In this document: in pieces, positions 18,352 to 28,676 of the stretch
Layout: each line of letters begins with the position of its first letter
Numbering within the stretch: the stretch's first letter is position 1
NCBI GenBank assembly: GCA_040768745.1
Contig: JAXGMI010000003.1
Coordinates: 1 to 64,000, forward strand
Reading direction: 5' to 3'
Source: Desulfomicrobium sp.
GTDB lineage: Bacteria; Desulfobacterota; Desulfovibrionia; Desulfovibrionales; Desulfomicrobiaceae
Length of the DNA stretch: 64,000 nt
Notes under the pieces: model-generated
The model's database searches: none
Seen by the model: the letters and a program-made list of their open reading frames with translations, nothing else
What the model was told of the DNA's origin: nothing
Program-made: the position numbers and the translations under genes

Positions 18352-20210
18352 GTATCGTTCTCCTTGGGATGTGCGTTTGTCACCGGCCGGACCTCCATGA
18401 TCCGGGCCTGAAAGCGGCCCTGGACCTCCTGCACCACGGGGTCCGCCAGGGCCATGTCCTTGAGTTCGGCCCGCGTCTTGCGCGGGGCTTCGACCACCGT
18501 TTCCATCCGCAGGGTCAGACTGGTGCCGAAATACTGCCGGGCCAGGTCCGCCAGGCGGGACAGGCTGCCCTGCATGCGCTCGCGCAAAAAGGCGTGGGGG
18601 GTGGCCAGCACAAGCTCCCCGCCCACCACCTGCCCCCTGGCCTTGTCCAGACCCAGGAAGGGGCGGCCCCCGTCGGAGGCGGAGGCGCAGAACCTGACGA
18701 ACCCGCTCCAGTTTTGCCCGCTGCCTGCGGCCGCGCCAGGCCCCGCCGCAGGCCCGCCCGCGGACCCTCCGGGGGCCGGCGCAAAGGGGGCCTGTCTCTC
18801 CCGGATCTGGGACTCTGGCCGTGATGTGGCAGCGGCAAAGGCCGGCCGGCCGGGCTGGCTCTGGGGAGCCGCTGCGCCGGGACCCGAAGCCGGCTGGGCA
18901 GGGGTCGCGACGGTGGGTTCAGGGCTGCCCGCCTGTGGGCCGGGACCGGACCTGGATGGAGTATGCGGGCGGGACGGGACCCGGGGAGCGGAATGCTCCG
19001 CGGCATTGTGGCCGGCTCGCCCGGCCGGGTCCGGTCCCTGGCCAGGGTTTTGGCCCGGCCCGCCGGCAGCCGGACGGGATTGGGCGCATCTGGCCTCGGC
19101 CGAACCCACGGCCAGCAGATCGGGCAGGCTGGCCAGGTTCAAGAGCAGCAGTTCCAGGGCCAGGGCCGGCTCCATGCTGGTCAGGATTTTGCGCTGGCTG
19201 TCCAGGGTCATCTGCCAGGCGGCATGCAGGTGGGACAGGGAGAATCGCGGGGCCCAGGCTGCCCAGACATCGACCTCCTCGGCGGGCAGGTCGATGATGG
19301 AGCGGACGTCGGGACCCAGCTGCTGCAGCACGAAGAGATTGCGCCAGCAGGAAGCCAGCTCGCGCAGAAAAAAGCCCAGATCCACGCCCTGGTCAAGGAT
19401 CCCGGTCAGCAGGGCGTGCAGCCCCAGGAGATCCCGGCCGTGCACGCACTCGACCAGGCGGACGAAGACCTCCTGCCCGGCCAGGCCCAGGACCTCGCGC
19501 ACGTCATGCAAGGTCAGGGAGGCCGAGCCCAGGGCCAGGACCTGGGACAGGAGGGACATGCTGTCCCGCACCGACCCTGCCCCCCGGCGGGCGATGAGAT
19601 GCACGGCCGGGGCCTCGGCCGCCACGCCCTCCCTGGCCAGGACCCAGTCCAGGTGGGCGGCCAGCCGGGCCTGGGGCAGGCGTTTGAAGACGAAATGCTG
19701 GCAGCGGCTGAGGATGGTCTGTGGGAATTTCTCCGGCTCGGTGGTGGCCAGGATGAAGGTCACGTGCCCGGGCGGCTCCTCCAAGGTCTTCAGCAACGCG
19801 TTGAAGGCCGCCTTGGAGAGCATGTGCGCCTCGTCGATGATGATGACCTTGTAGCGGCACTCCAGGGGGGCATAGCCCACGTCCTCCTTCAGGCGGCGGA
19901 CATTGTCCACGCCGGTGTTGGAGGCGCCGTCGATCTCCACCACGTCCACGGCCGCGCCCAGGGTGATCTGCCGGCAGACCGGGCACTGGTTGCAGGGCTC
20001 GGCGGCGGGGCCGCTCTGGCAATTCAGGGCCTTGGCGAAGATGCGGGCCAGGGTGGTCTTGCCCACGCCGCGGGTCCCGCTGAACAGGTAGGCCGGGGCC
20101 ACCCGGTCCGTGGCCGCGGCCCGGGAGAGGATGTGCTTGACCGCGTCCTGGCCGGCCACGTCGGCGAACGTCTGGGGGCGGTAGCGGGCGGTGAGGCTGT
20201 CCTGGCTCAT
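18348..20210 (-). CDS. dnaX: DNA polymerase III subunit gamma/tau
   Basis: RYRPQTF, GTRGVGKTT, zinc motif, IIDEAHML, SRC; long Pro/Ala/Gly linker. Confidence 0.96.
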   Translation of the reverse strand: MSQDSLTARYRPQTFADVAGQDAVKHILSRAAATDRVAPAYLFSGTRGVGKTTLARIFAKALNCQSGPAAEPCNQCPVCRQITLGAAVDVVEIDGASNTGVDNVRRLKEDVGYAPLECRYKVIIIDEAHMLSKAAFNALLKTLEEPPGHVTFILATTEPEKFPQTILSRCQHFVFKRLPQARLAAHLDWVLAREGVAAEAPAVHLIARRGAGSVRDSMSLLSQVLALGSASLTLHDVREVLGLAGQEVFVRLVECVHGRDLLGLHALLTGILDQGVDLGFFLRELASCWRNLFVLQQLGPDVRSIIDLPAEEVDVWAAWAPRFSLSHLHAAWQMTLDSQRKILTSMEPALALELLLLNLASLPDLLAVGSAEARCAQSRPAAGGPGQNPGQGPDPAGRAGHNAAEHSAPRVPSRPHTPSRSGPGPQAGSPEPTVATPAQPASGPGAAAPQSQPGRPAFAAATSRPESQIRERQAPFAPAPGGSAGGPAAGPGAAAGSGQNWSGFVRFCASASDGGRPFLGLDKARGQVVGGELVLATPHAFLRERMQGSLSRLADLARQYFGTSLTLRMETVVEAPRKTRAELKDMALADPVVQEVQGRFQARIMEVRPVTNAHPKENDT

Positions 20211-20367
20211 GGAGTCCGGGGTTCGGGGTTAGACGGTGGGGGGAAAACGGGCAGGGGTTTGCCGGGGTTTGCGGTCCTCCCGGCGAGAACCCTGCAAAGG
20301 CCATCCCCCTGCGCGAGGCCCATGCCGGACCCTGCGCAGGAGGGGGAAACACAGGGGCCCGGTCCGC

Positions 20368-21300
20368 CTACGAACCGGACACAGAGTAGCGGGTCAGCCA
20401 TTTGCCGTATTTGGGGTTCTCGCCGTGCAGGACCTTGAAATAGGCCTCCTGCAGGGCTCCCGTGACCGGGCCGCGGCAGCCCTGCCCGATGATCCGGCGG
20501 TCCACTTCCCGGATGGGGGTCACCTCGGCGGCCGTGCCGCTGAAAAAGGCCTCGTCGGCGCTGTACAGCTCGTCGCGGGTGAAACGGTCCTCGACCACGG
20601 TGTAGCCCAGATCATCGGCCAGCAGCATGATGGCCTCGCGGGTGATGCCGGCCAGGATGGAGCCCAGGGGCGGGGTCTTGATCACCCCGTTGCGCACAAG
20701 GAAGATGTTCTCGCCCGTGGCCTCGGACACGTAGCCCTCGGTGTCGAGCATGAGGGCCTCGTTGTAGCCCTCGGCCAGGGCCTCCCGCTTGGCCAGGACG
20801 GAATTGACGTAGTTGCCGCAGGTCTTGGACTTGGTCATCATGATGTTGACGTGGTGGCGGGTGAAGGTCGAGGTCTTGACCCGGATCCCCTTTTCCAGCG
20901 CCTCGGCGCCCAGGTACGCACCCCAGGGCCAGGTGGCGATGATGGTTTGGATGGGGTTGTTCCCGGGAAAGACGCCCATGACGCCTGCGCCGATGAAACT
21001 CAAGGGGCGGATGTAGGCTTCGGCCATCTTGTTGGCCACCAGGGTGTCGACGATGGCCGCGCAGATCTCCTCCCGGGAGAAGGGAATGACCATCTCGTTG
21101 ATCTTGGCCGAAAGGAAGAGCCGGTCCACGTGCTCCTCCAGCCTGAACACCGCGGACCCTCCGTCAGCCGTGACGTAGGAGCGGATGCCCTCGAACACCC
21201 CCACCCCGTAGTGCAGGGTGTGGGTCAGGACATGCACCTGCGCCTCGTCCCAGGGCACGAGCTTGCCGTCGAACCAGATCTTGTCAGCTTTCTGAACCAT
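20368..21300 (-). CDS. ilvE: Branched-chain amino acid aminotransferase
   Basis: [37 protein letters not shown]. Confidence 0.95.
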   Translation of the reverse strand: MVQKADKIWFDGKLVPWDEAQVHVLTHTLHYGVGVFEGIRSYVTADGGSAVFRLEEHVDRLFLSAKINEMVIPFSREEICAAIVDTLVANKMAEAYIRPLSFIGAGVMGVFPGNNPIQTIIATWPWGAYLGAEALEKGIRVKTSTFTRHHVNIMMTKSKTCGNYVNSVLAKREALAEGYNEALMLDTEGYVSEATGENIFLVRNGVIKTPPLGSILAGITREAIMLLADDLGYTVVEDRFTRDELYSADEAFFSGTAAEVTPIREVDRRIIGQGCRGPVTGALQEAYFKVLHGENPKYGKWLTRYSVSGS

Positions 21301-21416
21301 ATATCCTCCTTGAGGGCTTGATGCGGACCGGAAAGGGGCTGCCGGCGAAATACCCGCAGCGCCCGGAAACACTAGGGCAATGGGCCTGCCCGGTCAAGGG
21401 AGGCCGGCCGGGGAAC

Positions 21417-22751
21417 CTATCTCTGCGTGTCGTGGCTGGAACGGAAGACCATGCGCACGGGGGTCTTGTCCAGCAGGAAGACCTTGCGCAGCTGGTTCTC
21501 CAGGTAGCGCACATAGCTGCCCCCGAACAGGTTCTCGTCGTTGACGAAGAAGACGAAGGTCGGCGGCCTGGTCTCGGCCTGGGTCATGTAGTAGATCTTG
21601 CCCCGACGCCCGCCCACGACCGGGGGCTGATGGCGCTCGGCCACCAGCTTGACCAGGCGGTTCAGTTCCCCGGTGCCCAGACGCCGCCCGCACTGCTCCC
21701 AGAGCTTGTCCACCAGGGGCAGCAGCCCGCCCAGGCCGGCCATGGACACGGAGGAAGCGTACAGCACAGGCACGTGGGCGCAGAAGGCGAAATCCTCGGT
21801 CAGGCCCTTCTTGGCCTGGGCCAGCTGATCCTTGGTCAGCAGGTCGATCTTGTTGACCAGGATGACGAAAGGGATCTTCTCCGCGTCCAGAAAGGACAGC
21901 AGCCGTTTGTCCTGCCCCACCACTCCGGACATGACGTCCAGGACCAGAACGACCACGTCGGCCCGCCTGGCCGCCTGCAAGGCGTGCACCACACTGAAGT
22001 ATTCAAGGGACTCCGTGACCCTGGACTTGCGGCGCACCCCGGCCGTGTCCACGAAGGTGTAGACCTTGCCCCCGCGCTCCACGGCCACGTCCACGCAGTC
22101 CCGGGTGGTGCCGGCTTCTGAGCTGACCATGAGCCTCTTCTTGCCCAGCAGGGCGTTGATGGTGGACGACTTGCCCGCGTTGGGCCTGCCTAAAAGGGCG
22201 ATCTTGAGGCCCCTGGCTGCTTGGGCCGTCTCCCCGTCCGCCCCGGCCAAGGGCAGGACGGACTCGATGACCTCCCGCAGATCGCCCATGCCGAACCCTT
22301 GGGCAGCGGACACGCAATGCAGGGGAAACCCCAGGGCGTAGAATTCGGCGGACAGGGCCTCCTCCTGCTCCGGGCCGTCGACCTTGTTCACGACCACGCG
22401 CACCTCTCTGCCGGACTGGCGCAGGTATTGGGACACCTGCTCGTCCTGGGGGTGCAGTCCCTGGCGGCCGTCGACCACGAAGAGGATGAGGTCAGCGTTC
22501 TCCATGGCCTCGCGGGCCTGCTGGAAGATGTCCATCTCGATCTCGTCGCTGGAGTCCGGGACGATGCCGCCCGTGTCCACCAGGGTGTAGAGCCTTTCCT
22601 CCCCGCGCACGGTGCAGAAGATGGAGTCCCGGGTCACCCCGGGCATGTCGTGGGTGATGGACACCCGCTTTTTGAGCAGGCGGTTGAAAAGGGTGGACTT
22701 GCCGACGTTGGGACGGCCGATGAGGGCCACCAAGGGGAGCAGCTCGTTCAT
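21417..22751 (-). CDS. der: Ribosome biogenesis GTPase Der (EngA)
   Basis: Two G domains (GRPNVGKS...[12 protein letters not shown]...DTAG) and a KH-like tail ([10 protein letters not shown]). Confidence 0.96.
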   Translation of the reverse strand: MNELLPLVALIGRPNVGKSTLFNRLLKKRVSITHDMPGVTRDSIFCTVRGEERLYTLVDTGGIVPDSSDEIEMDIFQQAREAMENADLILFVVDGRQGLHPQDEQVSQYLRQSGREVRVVVNKVDGPEQEEALSAEFYALGFPLHCVSAAQGFGMGDLREVIESVLPLAGADGETAQAARGLKIALLGRPNAGKSSTINALLGKKRLMVSSEAGTTRDCVDVAVERGGKVYTFVDTAGVRRKSRVTESLEYFSVVHALQAARRADVVVLVLDVMSGVVGQDKRLLSFLDAEKIPFVILVNKIDLLTKDQLAQAKKGLTEDFAFCAHVPVLYASSVSMAGLGGLLPLVDKLWEQCGRRLGTGELNRLVKLVAERHQPPVVGGRRGKIYYMTQAETRPPTFVFFVNDENLFGGSYVRYLENQLRKVFLLDKTPVRMVFRSSHDTQR

Positions 22752-23791
22752 GTGCAGGCTCTCTGGCCGATGGTTGCGGCAATAGAGGTGTAGGGGGGGT
22801 AAAGGACCCCGAGCTCGGTGATGATCCCGGTGATCAGGGCGCTCTCGGTCACGTCGAAGGCAAAGTTGAAGACCGGGACTTGGTCCGGCGTGATCCGGGC
22901 CCCGCCCACGTGGGTCACCTCCAGCGGCGTGCGCTCCTCGATGGGGATGAGCCCGCCGTCGGCGGTGTCCAGGTCGAAGGTGGAGCTGGGCGCGGCCACA
23001 TAAAAGGGGATGCCGTAATGCCGGGCCAGGATGGCCACCCCGGAGGTGCCGATCTTGTTGGCCACGTCCCCGTTGGCCACGATGCGGTCCGCCCCGACCA
23101 CGACCTTGTCCACCAGGCCCCGGCGCATGAGGAGAGAGCAGGCGTTGTCACAGGCCACGGTCACGGGAATGCCGTCCTTGTGCAGCTCGTAGGCCGTCAG
23201 CCTCGCCCCCTGCAGGAAGGGCCTGGTCTCGTTGGCGATGACCGCGATCCGCTTGCCCATGTCCACCGCGCCCCGGATCACGCCCAGGGCCGTGCCGTAC
23301 CCGGCCGTGGCCAAGGCCCCGGCGTTGCAGTGGGTCATGACCGTGTCCCCGTCATTGAGGAGCGCGCCCCCGAAGCGGCCCATGGCCTTGTTGGCGGCGA
23401 TGTCGTCGGCCTGGATCTTCCTGGCCAGGGCCAGCCAAACCCCGGCCAGGAGGCGGGGATCATGGGCACCGCCCCAGGCCGTGCGCATCTCGCCCACGGC
23501 CCAGGCCAGGTTGACGGCCGTGGGCCGGGCCTGGGCCAGGAGATTGAGCAGGCGTCCCAGCTCGTTCATCCAGTACGCACCGGCCGTTAGGGCCTGCCTG
23601 AGGGCGATGCAGCAGCCGTAGGCCGCGCTGACGCCGATGGCCGGGGCCCCGCGCACGACCATGGTCTGCAGGGCGAAGACCACGTCCTCCACCGTGCGGC
23701 AGACAAACGTCTCCTCCACCAGGGGCAACTTGCGCTGGTCAAGCAGGAGCAGGGCACAGTTTTCTGCGTCGAATCGAATGTGGTCTTCCAT
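22748..23791 (-). CDS. mtnA: S-methyl-5-thioribose-1-phosphate isomerase
   Basis: [44 protein letters not shown]. Confidence 0.95.
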   Translation of the reverse strand: MEDHIRFDAENCALLLLDQRKLPLVEETFVCRTVEDVVFALQTMVVRGAPAIGVSAAYGCCIALRQALTAGAYWMNELGRLLNLLAQARPTAVNLAWAVGEMRTAWGGAHDPRLLAGVWLALARKIQADDIAANKAMGRFGGALLNDGDTVMTHCNAGALATAGYGTALGVIRGAVDMGKRIAVIANETRPFLQGARLTAYELHKDGIPVTVACDNACSLLMRRGLVDKVVVGADRIVANGDVANKIGTSGVAILARHYGIPFYVAAPSSTFDLDTADGGLIPIEERTPLEVTHVGGARITPDQVPVFNFAFDVTESALITGIITELGVLYPPYTSIAATIGQRACT

Positions 23792-23801
23792 GTGATTCCT
23801 C

Positions 23802-23891
23802 GGAAAAGAGAATGGGAATTATGGGAGGTCTGGGATGTATGGGTCTTTATGCATGAGTCCCATGACTCACATAATTCCCATTCTCTTTTCC
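23802..23891. repeat. 90-bp palindromic element with perfect 22-bp arms
   Basis: GGAAAAGAGAATGGGAATTATG ... CATAATTCCCATTCTCTTTTCC with internal 9-bp (a)tggg-type units. Confidence 0.8.
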
Positions 23892-23950
23892 CAAAAAAAA
23901 CCGGGCCACCAAGCAGCCCGGTTTCCACGAGACAGGGTGGCGCGGCGGCC

Positions 23951-24232
23951 TCAGGAGCGCTCGGTCACTTCCACCAGGTGGTAGCCGAACTGGGTCTTGA
24001 CCGGACCATGGACCACCCCCACGGCTTCGTTGAAGCAGACGTGGTCGAATTCAGGCACCATCTGACCCGGTCCGAAGGTGCCCAGATCGCCGCCGCGGCG
24101 GCCTGAAGGGCACTGGGAATAATTGCGGGCGAGTTCGGCGAAGTCTCCGCCTTCCTCGGTGATCTTCTTCTTCAGGGTCTGGCAGACCTCTTCGGTCGCC
24201 ACCAGGATGTGACGGGCACGTGCTTTGGCCAT
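23951..24232 (-). CDS. ppiC: Parvulin peptidyl-prolyl isomerase
   Basis: ARHILV, SQCPSGRRGGDLG, QMVPEFD, VKTQFGYHL. Confidence 0.93.
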   Translation of the reverse strand: MAKARARHILVATEEVCQTLKKKITEEGGDFAELARNYSQCPSGRRGGDLGTFGPGQMVPEFDHVCFNEAVGVVHGPVKTQFGYHLVEVTERS

Positions 24233-24431
24233 GGTGAACTCCTTGATTTTTTCGTGGCCCTAACCCGATGCCCGACACTTGGCAAGGGCGGCGGACGCTC
24301 CACTTCCCTCTGCACAGGCCGCGGCCGGATCCGAGTCTACACGGCCCATGCGGCCTTGACCCGGGGTTTACGGACCGGGAGGAAATCCTTATGGGAGTCG
24401 CGGATCCAGGGACTCTTTCACGGAAATTTCC

Positions 24432-26105
24432 ATGCCTACACCTTGTTTCGTCATCGGCATCGACACCGGTGGAACCTACACCGACGCCGTGGTCCTCGAC
24501 CAGGGGTCGGGCCGCGTCCTGACCAGCGCCAAGGTCCCGACCACGGCCCACAACCCGGCCCTGGCCATCGGGCTGGCCCTGGAAGAGGTGCTCCGGGATT
24601 CGTCCGTCGAGCCCGGCGCCATCTCCCTGGTCTGCGTTTCCACCACCCTGGCCACCAACGCCCTGGTGGAGAACAAGGGGGCAGAGGTCGGGCTCTTCGT
24701 CATCGGCCACGACAAGCGCATGGACGTCCCCGCGACGGAGCTGCGCTACATCCCGGGAGGGCACAAGGCCAAAGGCGTGGAGGCCGAACCCCTGGGCATG
24801 GAATTTTTACTGCAGGGCATCCTGGAGATGCGGCCCAAGGTGGATGCCTACGCCATCTGCTCCCTGCTGGCCGTGGACGACCCGACGCACGAACTGGTGG
24901 CGGCCAAAGCCGTCCAACTCATGGACAGGACCAAGCCCGTGTTCTGCTCCCACCAGGCCAGCTCCCGACCCGGCATGCAGGAGCGGGCCACCACGGCCAT
25001 CCTCAACGCCCGCCTGCTCCCCGTGATGCAGGATTTCCTGCGCAGCATCGGGGCGTCCATGCAGGCCCTGGGCTTGTCCTGCCCCGTGCGCATCGTGCGC
25101 GGCGACTGCCAGGCCATGGACCTGGAGCAGGCCCTGCTCCATTCCTCGGCCACGGTGGCCAGCGGACCCGCGGCCACGGCCCTGTTCGGCAGCCACGCCG
25201 AGCCAGGGCAGACGGTTCTGGTCGTGGACGTGGGGGGAACCACCACGGACATCACCCTCATCCGCGACGGGGGCCCCGTCATCCGCGAGGAGGGAATGAC
25301 CATCGGCGCCTGGCGCACCCATGTGCAGGCCGTGGAGATGTACACCGTGGGCCTGGGCGGGGACAGCCTGGTCCGCCTCCAGGACGGGCGCATTGTCCTG
25401 GGTCCGGATCGGGTCGTGCCCCTGTGCCAGGCCCACCTGTACGCCCAGGGGGCAGTCTTGGGCACCCTGACCGACCCGGCGGCCTGGATCGGCCCTGATC
25501 TTCTGGCCCAGTGCGTCTTCCCGTTGCTGGACGCGCCCGCCACCGGCAGCGGCGATCCCCTCCTGGACTGGCTCGCCCGCCACGGACCAGCCACCCCCAA
25601 ACAGCTGCGCGAGGAACTGGGCATGGCCGAAGCCAGTCTGGAGAAGGCCGTCGCCAGGCTCTCCTCCCGCCGCCAGGTCTCGGCCTGCGGCTTCACCCCC
25701 ACCGATGCCCTGCACGTGCTGGGCACCCTGGGTCTGGGCCGCGAGGAGCCCGCCAGGCGAGGCGCGGAAGCCCTGGCCTTGCTCCTGGGCCTCGGGGTCC
25801 GCGAATTCTGCCGGCTGGTCCTCGACAACGCCCGGGACACCCTGACCTCGGCCATCCTCTGCGCCCTGGGCACCCGTGAAGTCGGCCCGGCCCTGGCCCG
25901 CTTCCTGAACCAGGATGAACCCAGCCCCCTGCTCGACATTTCCGTCCGCCTGCGCCCGCGCATGGTCGGCATCGGCGCGGCGGCACCCTTTCTTTTGCCG
26001 GAGGTGGCCCGAAAGCTCGGCACTGTGGTCACCTTCCCGGACCATTACCAGGTCGGCAACGCCGTGGGCGCGGCCATCATGCGCCCCAACACAGAAAACC
26101 GATGA
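24432..26105 (+). CDS. Hydantoinase/oxoprolinase family protein
   Basis: GIDTGGTYTDAV, STTLATNALVE, SGPAAT, VDVGGTTTDI, GLGGDS, FTPTDALHV. Confidence 0.85.
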   Translation: MPTPCFVIGIDTGGTYTDAVVLDQGSGRVLTSAKVPTTAHNPALAIGLALEEVLRDSSVEPGAISLVCVSTTLATNALVENKGAEVGLFVIGHDKRMDVPATELRYIPGGHKAKGVEAEPLGMEFLLQGILEMRPKVDAYAICSLLAVDDPTHELVAAKAVQLMDRTKPVFCSHQASSRPGMQERATTAILNARLLPVMQDFLRSIGASMQALGLSCPVRIVRGDCQAMDLEQALLHSSATVASGPAATALFGSHAEPGQTVLVVDVGGTTTDITLIRDGGPVIREEGMTIGAWRTHVQAVEMYTVGLGGDSLVRLQDGRIVLGPDRVVPLCQAHLYAQGAVLGTLTDPAAWIGPDLLAQCVFPLLDAPATGSGDPLLDWLARHGPATPKQLREELGMAEASLEKAVARLSSRRQVSACGFTPTDALHVLGTLGLGREEPARRGAEALALLLGLGVREFCRLVLDNARDTLTSAILCALGTREVGPALARFLNQDEPSPLLDISVRLRPRMVGIGAAAPFLLPEVARKLGTVVTFPDHYQVGNAVGAAIMRPNTENR

Positions 26106-26115
26106 AGGAGCAGCC

Positions 26116-26448
26116 ATGGAATACAGAGAACAATGTTTTGCCGCGGCCATGGAAATCTGCAGCGAGAGCGAGATGGCGGAGGTGGTGCACGCCTGGATCC
26201 CTGGCGGGCCGGGGTTCGTGGTCCACGCCTGGGCCGAGGTCGAGGACGCGGTCTACGACCTGACCCAGAGCGATCGGCCCATGCGCAAGGCCGAGTACTA
26301 CGCGCTCATGGGAGTGCGGCCGGAGCTGACCCGCCGCTACGGCCGGGTGGAGTACTTCACCCTCATGGCCGAGACCGGCAGCATGGGACCCTTCGACAAG
26401 GCCTTCTTCTTCGCCCGCCAGACGGCATTTCTCCCGGCGGCCAGATAA
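26116..26448 (+). CDS. Hypothetical protein
   Basis: RBS AAGGAG; 110-aa ORF with host-like codon usage (VHAWAE...VYDLT). Confidence 0.65.
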   Translation: MEYREQCFAAAMEICSESEMAEVVHAWIPGGPGFVVHAWAEVEDAVYDLTQSDRPMRKAEYYALMGVRPELTRRYGRVEYFTLMAETGSMGPFDKAFFFARQTAFLPAAR

Positions 26449-26624
26449 CCCGGGCATGCGCGTTTCCCTTTCGGGCCGCTGTCCCGTGAAGAGAAAGGGA
26501 ATCCCACCGTGGTCCCCCCATGGCGACCAAAAGGGCGTCCACACGGTGAGGCCTGGCCTTCCGGGCCATGTCCGGTGGCAGCCTCTGCCCTGAATCCAGA
26601 GGGAGCCCTGCGCGGAGGTGCGCT

Positions 26625-27044
26625 GTGAACGTTTTCCCGACTCTCCTGCCGATCTTCATCCTCGTCCTGACCGGCTTCGTGCTCCGCAAGGCCGAATTTC
26701 CCAGCTGCACCTTCTGGCCTCAGGCCGAACGGATGACCTACTATGTCCTCTTTCCCGCCCTGCTCGTGGGCAAGCTGACCACCATGCATGTCGGGGAGCA
26801 GCCGGTGCTGCTCATGGCCGCGTCCCTCTTCGCCGCCATCAGCCTGGTCGCCCTCATCCTCATGGCGGCCCGGCCCCTGGTGCAGCGCGATGAGCCCTCC
26901 TTCACCTCGGTCTTCCAGGGGGCCATCCGTCCAAACACCTATGTGGCCCTGTCGGCCGTGGGCAAGCTGCTCGGCGACGAGGGGCTGATCCTGTCGGCCG
27001 TGGCCCTGGGGACCATGCCACTGGTCCTGGGCATGCTGCTCTGA
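26625..27044 (+). pseudogene. AEC (auxin efflux carrier) family transporter, internally deleted
   Basis: N-terminal AEC motifs (YYVLFPALL, FQGAIRPNTY) joined to a C-terminal-like TMPLVLGMLL; only 139 aa against the usual ~300. Confidence 0.7.
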
Positions 27045-27095
27045 CCACCCCGCCCTCTTCCGCTGAGTGCGTATGTTCATTTCAAGGAGAACGAC

Positions 27096-27461
27096 ATGCC
27101 CGACCTGAATTTCATGAAGATCGACCAGAGCGTCAGAGACCGCAAGCGCCTGCACCTGACGTTTCTCAAGAACGTCAAGACCTACGCCCCGTTCCTGGAA
27201 CTGGAGGAAAAGGCCTTTGCCGACGGCGCCCTGAACAGGAAGACCAAGGAACTCATGGCCCTGTCCATCTCCATCGTCACCAAGTGCGAGCCGTGCATGG
27301 AGTGGCATCTGGACCAGGCCATGCAGCACGGCGCCACGGACCAGGAGATCTACGAGACCATCGACGTGGCCGTCGAAATGGGCGGCGGCCAGGCCGGGGC
27401 CTACGCCCGCTTCGTGCTGAAGGCCATGGAGTATTTCAAGGGGAAGCAAAAATCTGGGTGA
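27096..27461 (+). CDS. Carboxymuconolactone decarboxylase/AhpD family protein
   Basis: GALNRKTKELMAL...KCEPCMEWH (CxxC). Confidence 0.88.
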   Translation: MPDLNFMKIDQSVRDRKRLHLTFLKNVKTYAPFLELEEKAFADGALNRKTKELMALSISIVTKCEPCMEWHLDQAMQHGATDQEIYETIDVAVEMGGGQAGAYARFVLKAMEYFKGKQKSG

Positions 27462-27506
27462 CCTCGGTCATTTTGATGGGCGATCCCAGATTTTCCCCAA
27501 AGACTT

Positions 27507-28676
27507 TCAGGACAGCCGACCCTTGAAATCCTCGTAGCCGAAGCTGCGCACCACGCGCATGGAACCGTCCTCGGGTTCGAAGACCGCGATGCTTGGCAGC
27601 TGGATGCCGTTGAAGGTATTGGTCTTGACCATGGAGTAGTGGGCCATGTCCGTGAAGACCAGGCGGTCGCCGGGGGCCAGGGGCCGGTCGAAGGAGTACT
27701 CGCCGGCCACGTCCCCGGCCAGGCAGGACAGGCCGCCCAGGCGGTAGGTGTGAGCCTTCTCGCCGGGCAGGCCCGAGCCGACGATGTGCGGGCGGTACGG
27801 CATTTCCAGCACGTCGGGCATGTGCGCCGGGACCGAGGTGTCCAGGATGGCGATGGGCATGTCGGCCTGCGTCACGTCGAGGACCGTGGAAACCAGATAG
27901 CCCGAGTTCAGGGCCACGGCCTCGCCCGGCTCCAGGTAGACCTGCATGCCGTGGCGCTGCTTGAAGTCGTTAATGAGCCGGCACAAAAGGTCCGTGTCGT
28001 AGTCAGGCCGGGTGATATGGTGGCCCCCACCGAAGTTGACGTACTCCATGCGCGAGAAGAATTCCCCGAAGCCTTTTTCAGCGGCCGCGATGGTCCGCTC
28101 CAGGCAGTCGGCGTTCTGTTCGCAGAGGTTGTGCCAGTGCAGGCCCGTCACCCCGTGCAGCAGACCGGGACGGAAGTCCCGCCGCCGCACCCCCAGACGC
28201 GAACCCGGCGAGCACGGGTCGTAGATGGGCACCGCGCCCTCGGAGTGCTCGGGGTTGATGCGCACGCCGAGTTCGATCTCCCGCCCGAGGCGCGTGGCCT
28301 CTTCGGCGATGAGGCCCCGGAAGGCCTCCAGCTGGCGGAAGGAGTTGAAGACGATGTGGTCGGCCGTGGCACAGAGGTCCACGATGTCGGCCTGGGAGTA
28401 GCCGGCCGCAAAGACGTGCACCTCGCGGCCGAACTCCTCGCGGCCCAGCCTGGCCTCGTGGGGCGAGCTGGCGCAGACCCCGTCCAGCACCTGCCGCAGG
28501 ACCGGAAAGACGCTCCACATGGCAAAGCCTTTCAGGGCCAGCAGGATCCTGCAGCCCGTGCGGGCCTTGACCCCGGCCAGCACGTCCAGGTTCTGCCGGA
28601 TGAGCCCCAGGTCCACCACAAAGGATGGCGTGGCGATTTGGTGCGGGTCGAAACGGTACGCCGTGCGCCCGTCCAT
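27507..28676 (-). CDS. nspC: Carboxynorspermidine decarboxylase
   Basis: LLALKGF, YDPCSPGSRLG, GLHWHNLCEQ, NFGGGHHIT, HMPDVLEMPY, SCLAGD. Confidence 0.93.
   Translation of the reverse strand: MDGRTAYRFDPHQIATPSFVVDLGLIRQNLDVLAGVKARTGCRILLALKGFAMWSVFPVLRQVLDGVCASSPHEARLGREEFGREVHVFAAGYSQADIVDLCATADHIVFNSFRQLEAFRGLIAEEATRLGREIELGVRINPEHSEGAVPIYDPCSPGSRLGVRRRDFRPGLLHGVTGLHWHNLCEQNADCLERTIAAAEKGFGEFFSRMEYVNFGGGHHITRPDYDTDLLCRLINDFKQRHGMQVYLEPGEAVALNSGYLVSTVLDVTQADMPIAILDTSVPAHMPDVLEMPYRPHIVGSGLPGEKAHTYRLGGLSCLAGDVAGEYSFDRPLAPGDRLVFTDMAHYSMVKTNTFNGIQLPSIAVFEPEDGSMRVVRSFGYEDFKGRLS

Noticed and set aside
20211..20367. SRP RNA upstream of dnaX
   Set aside because: No conserved CAGG...GGAAGCAGC SRP motif found
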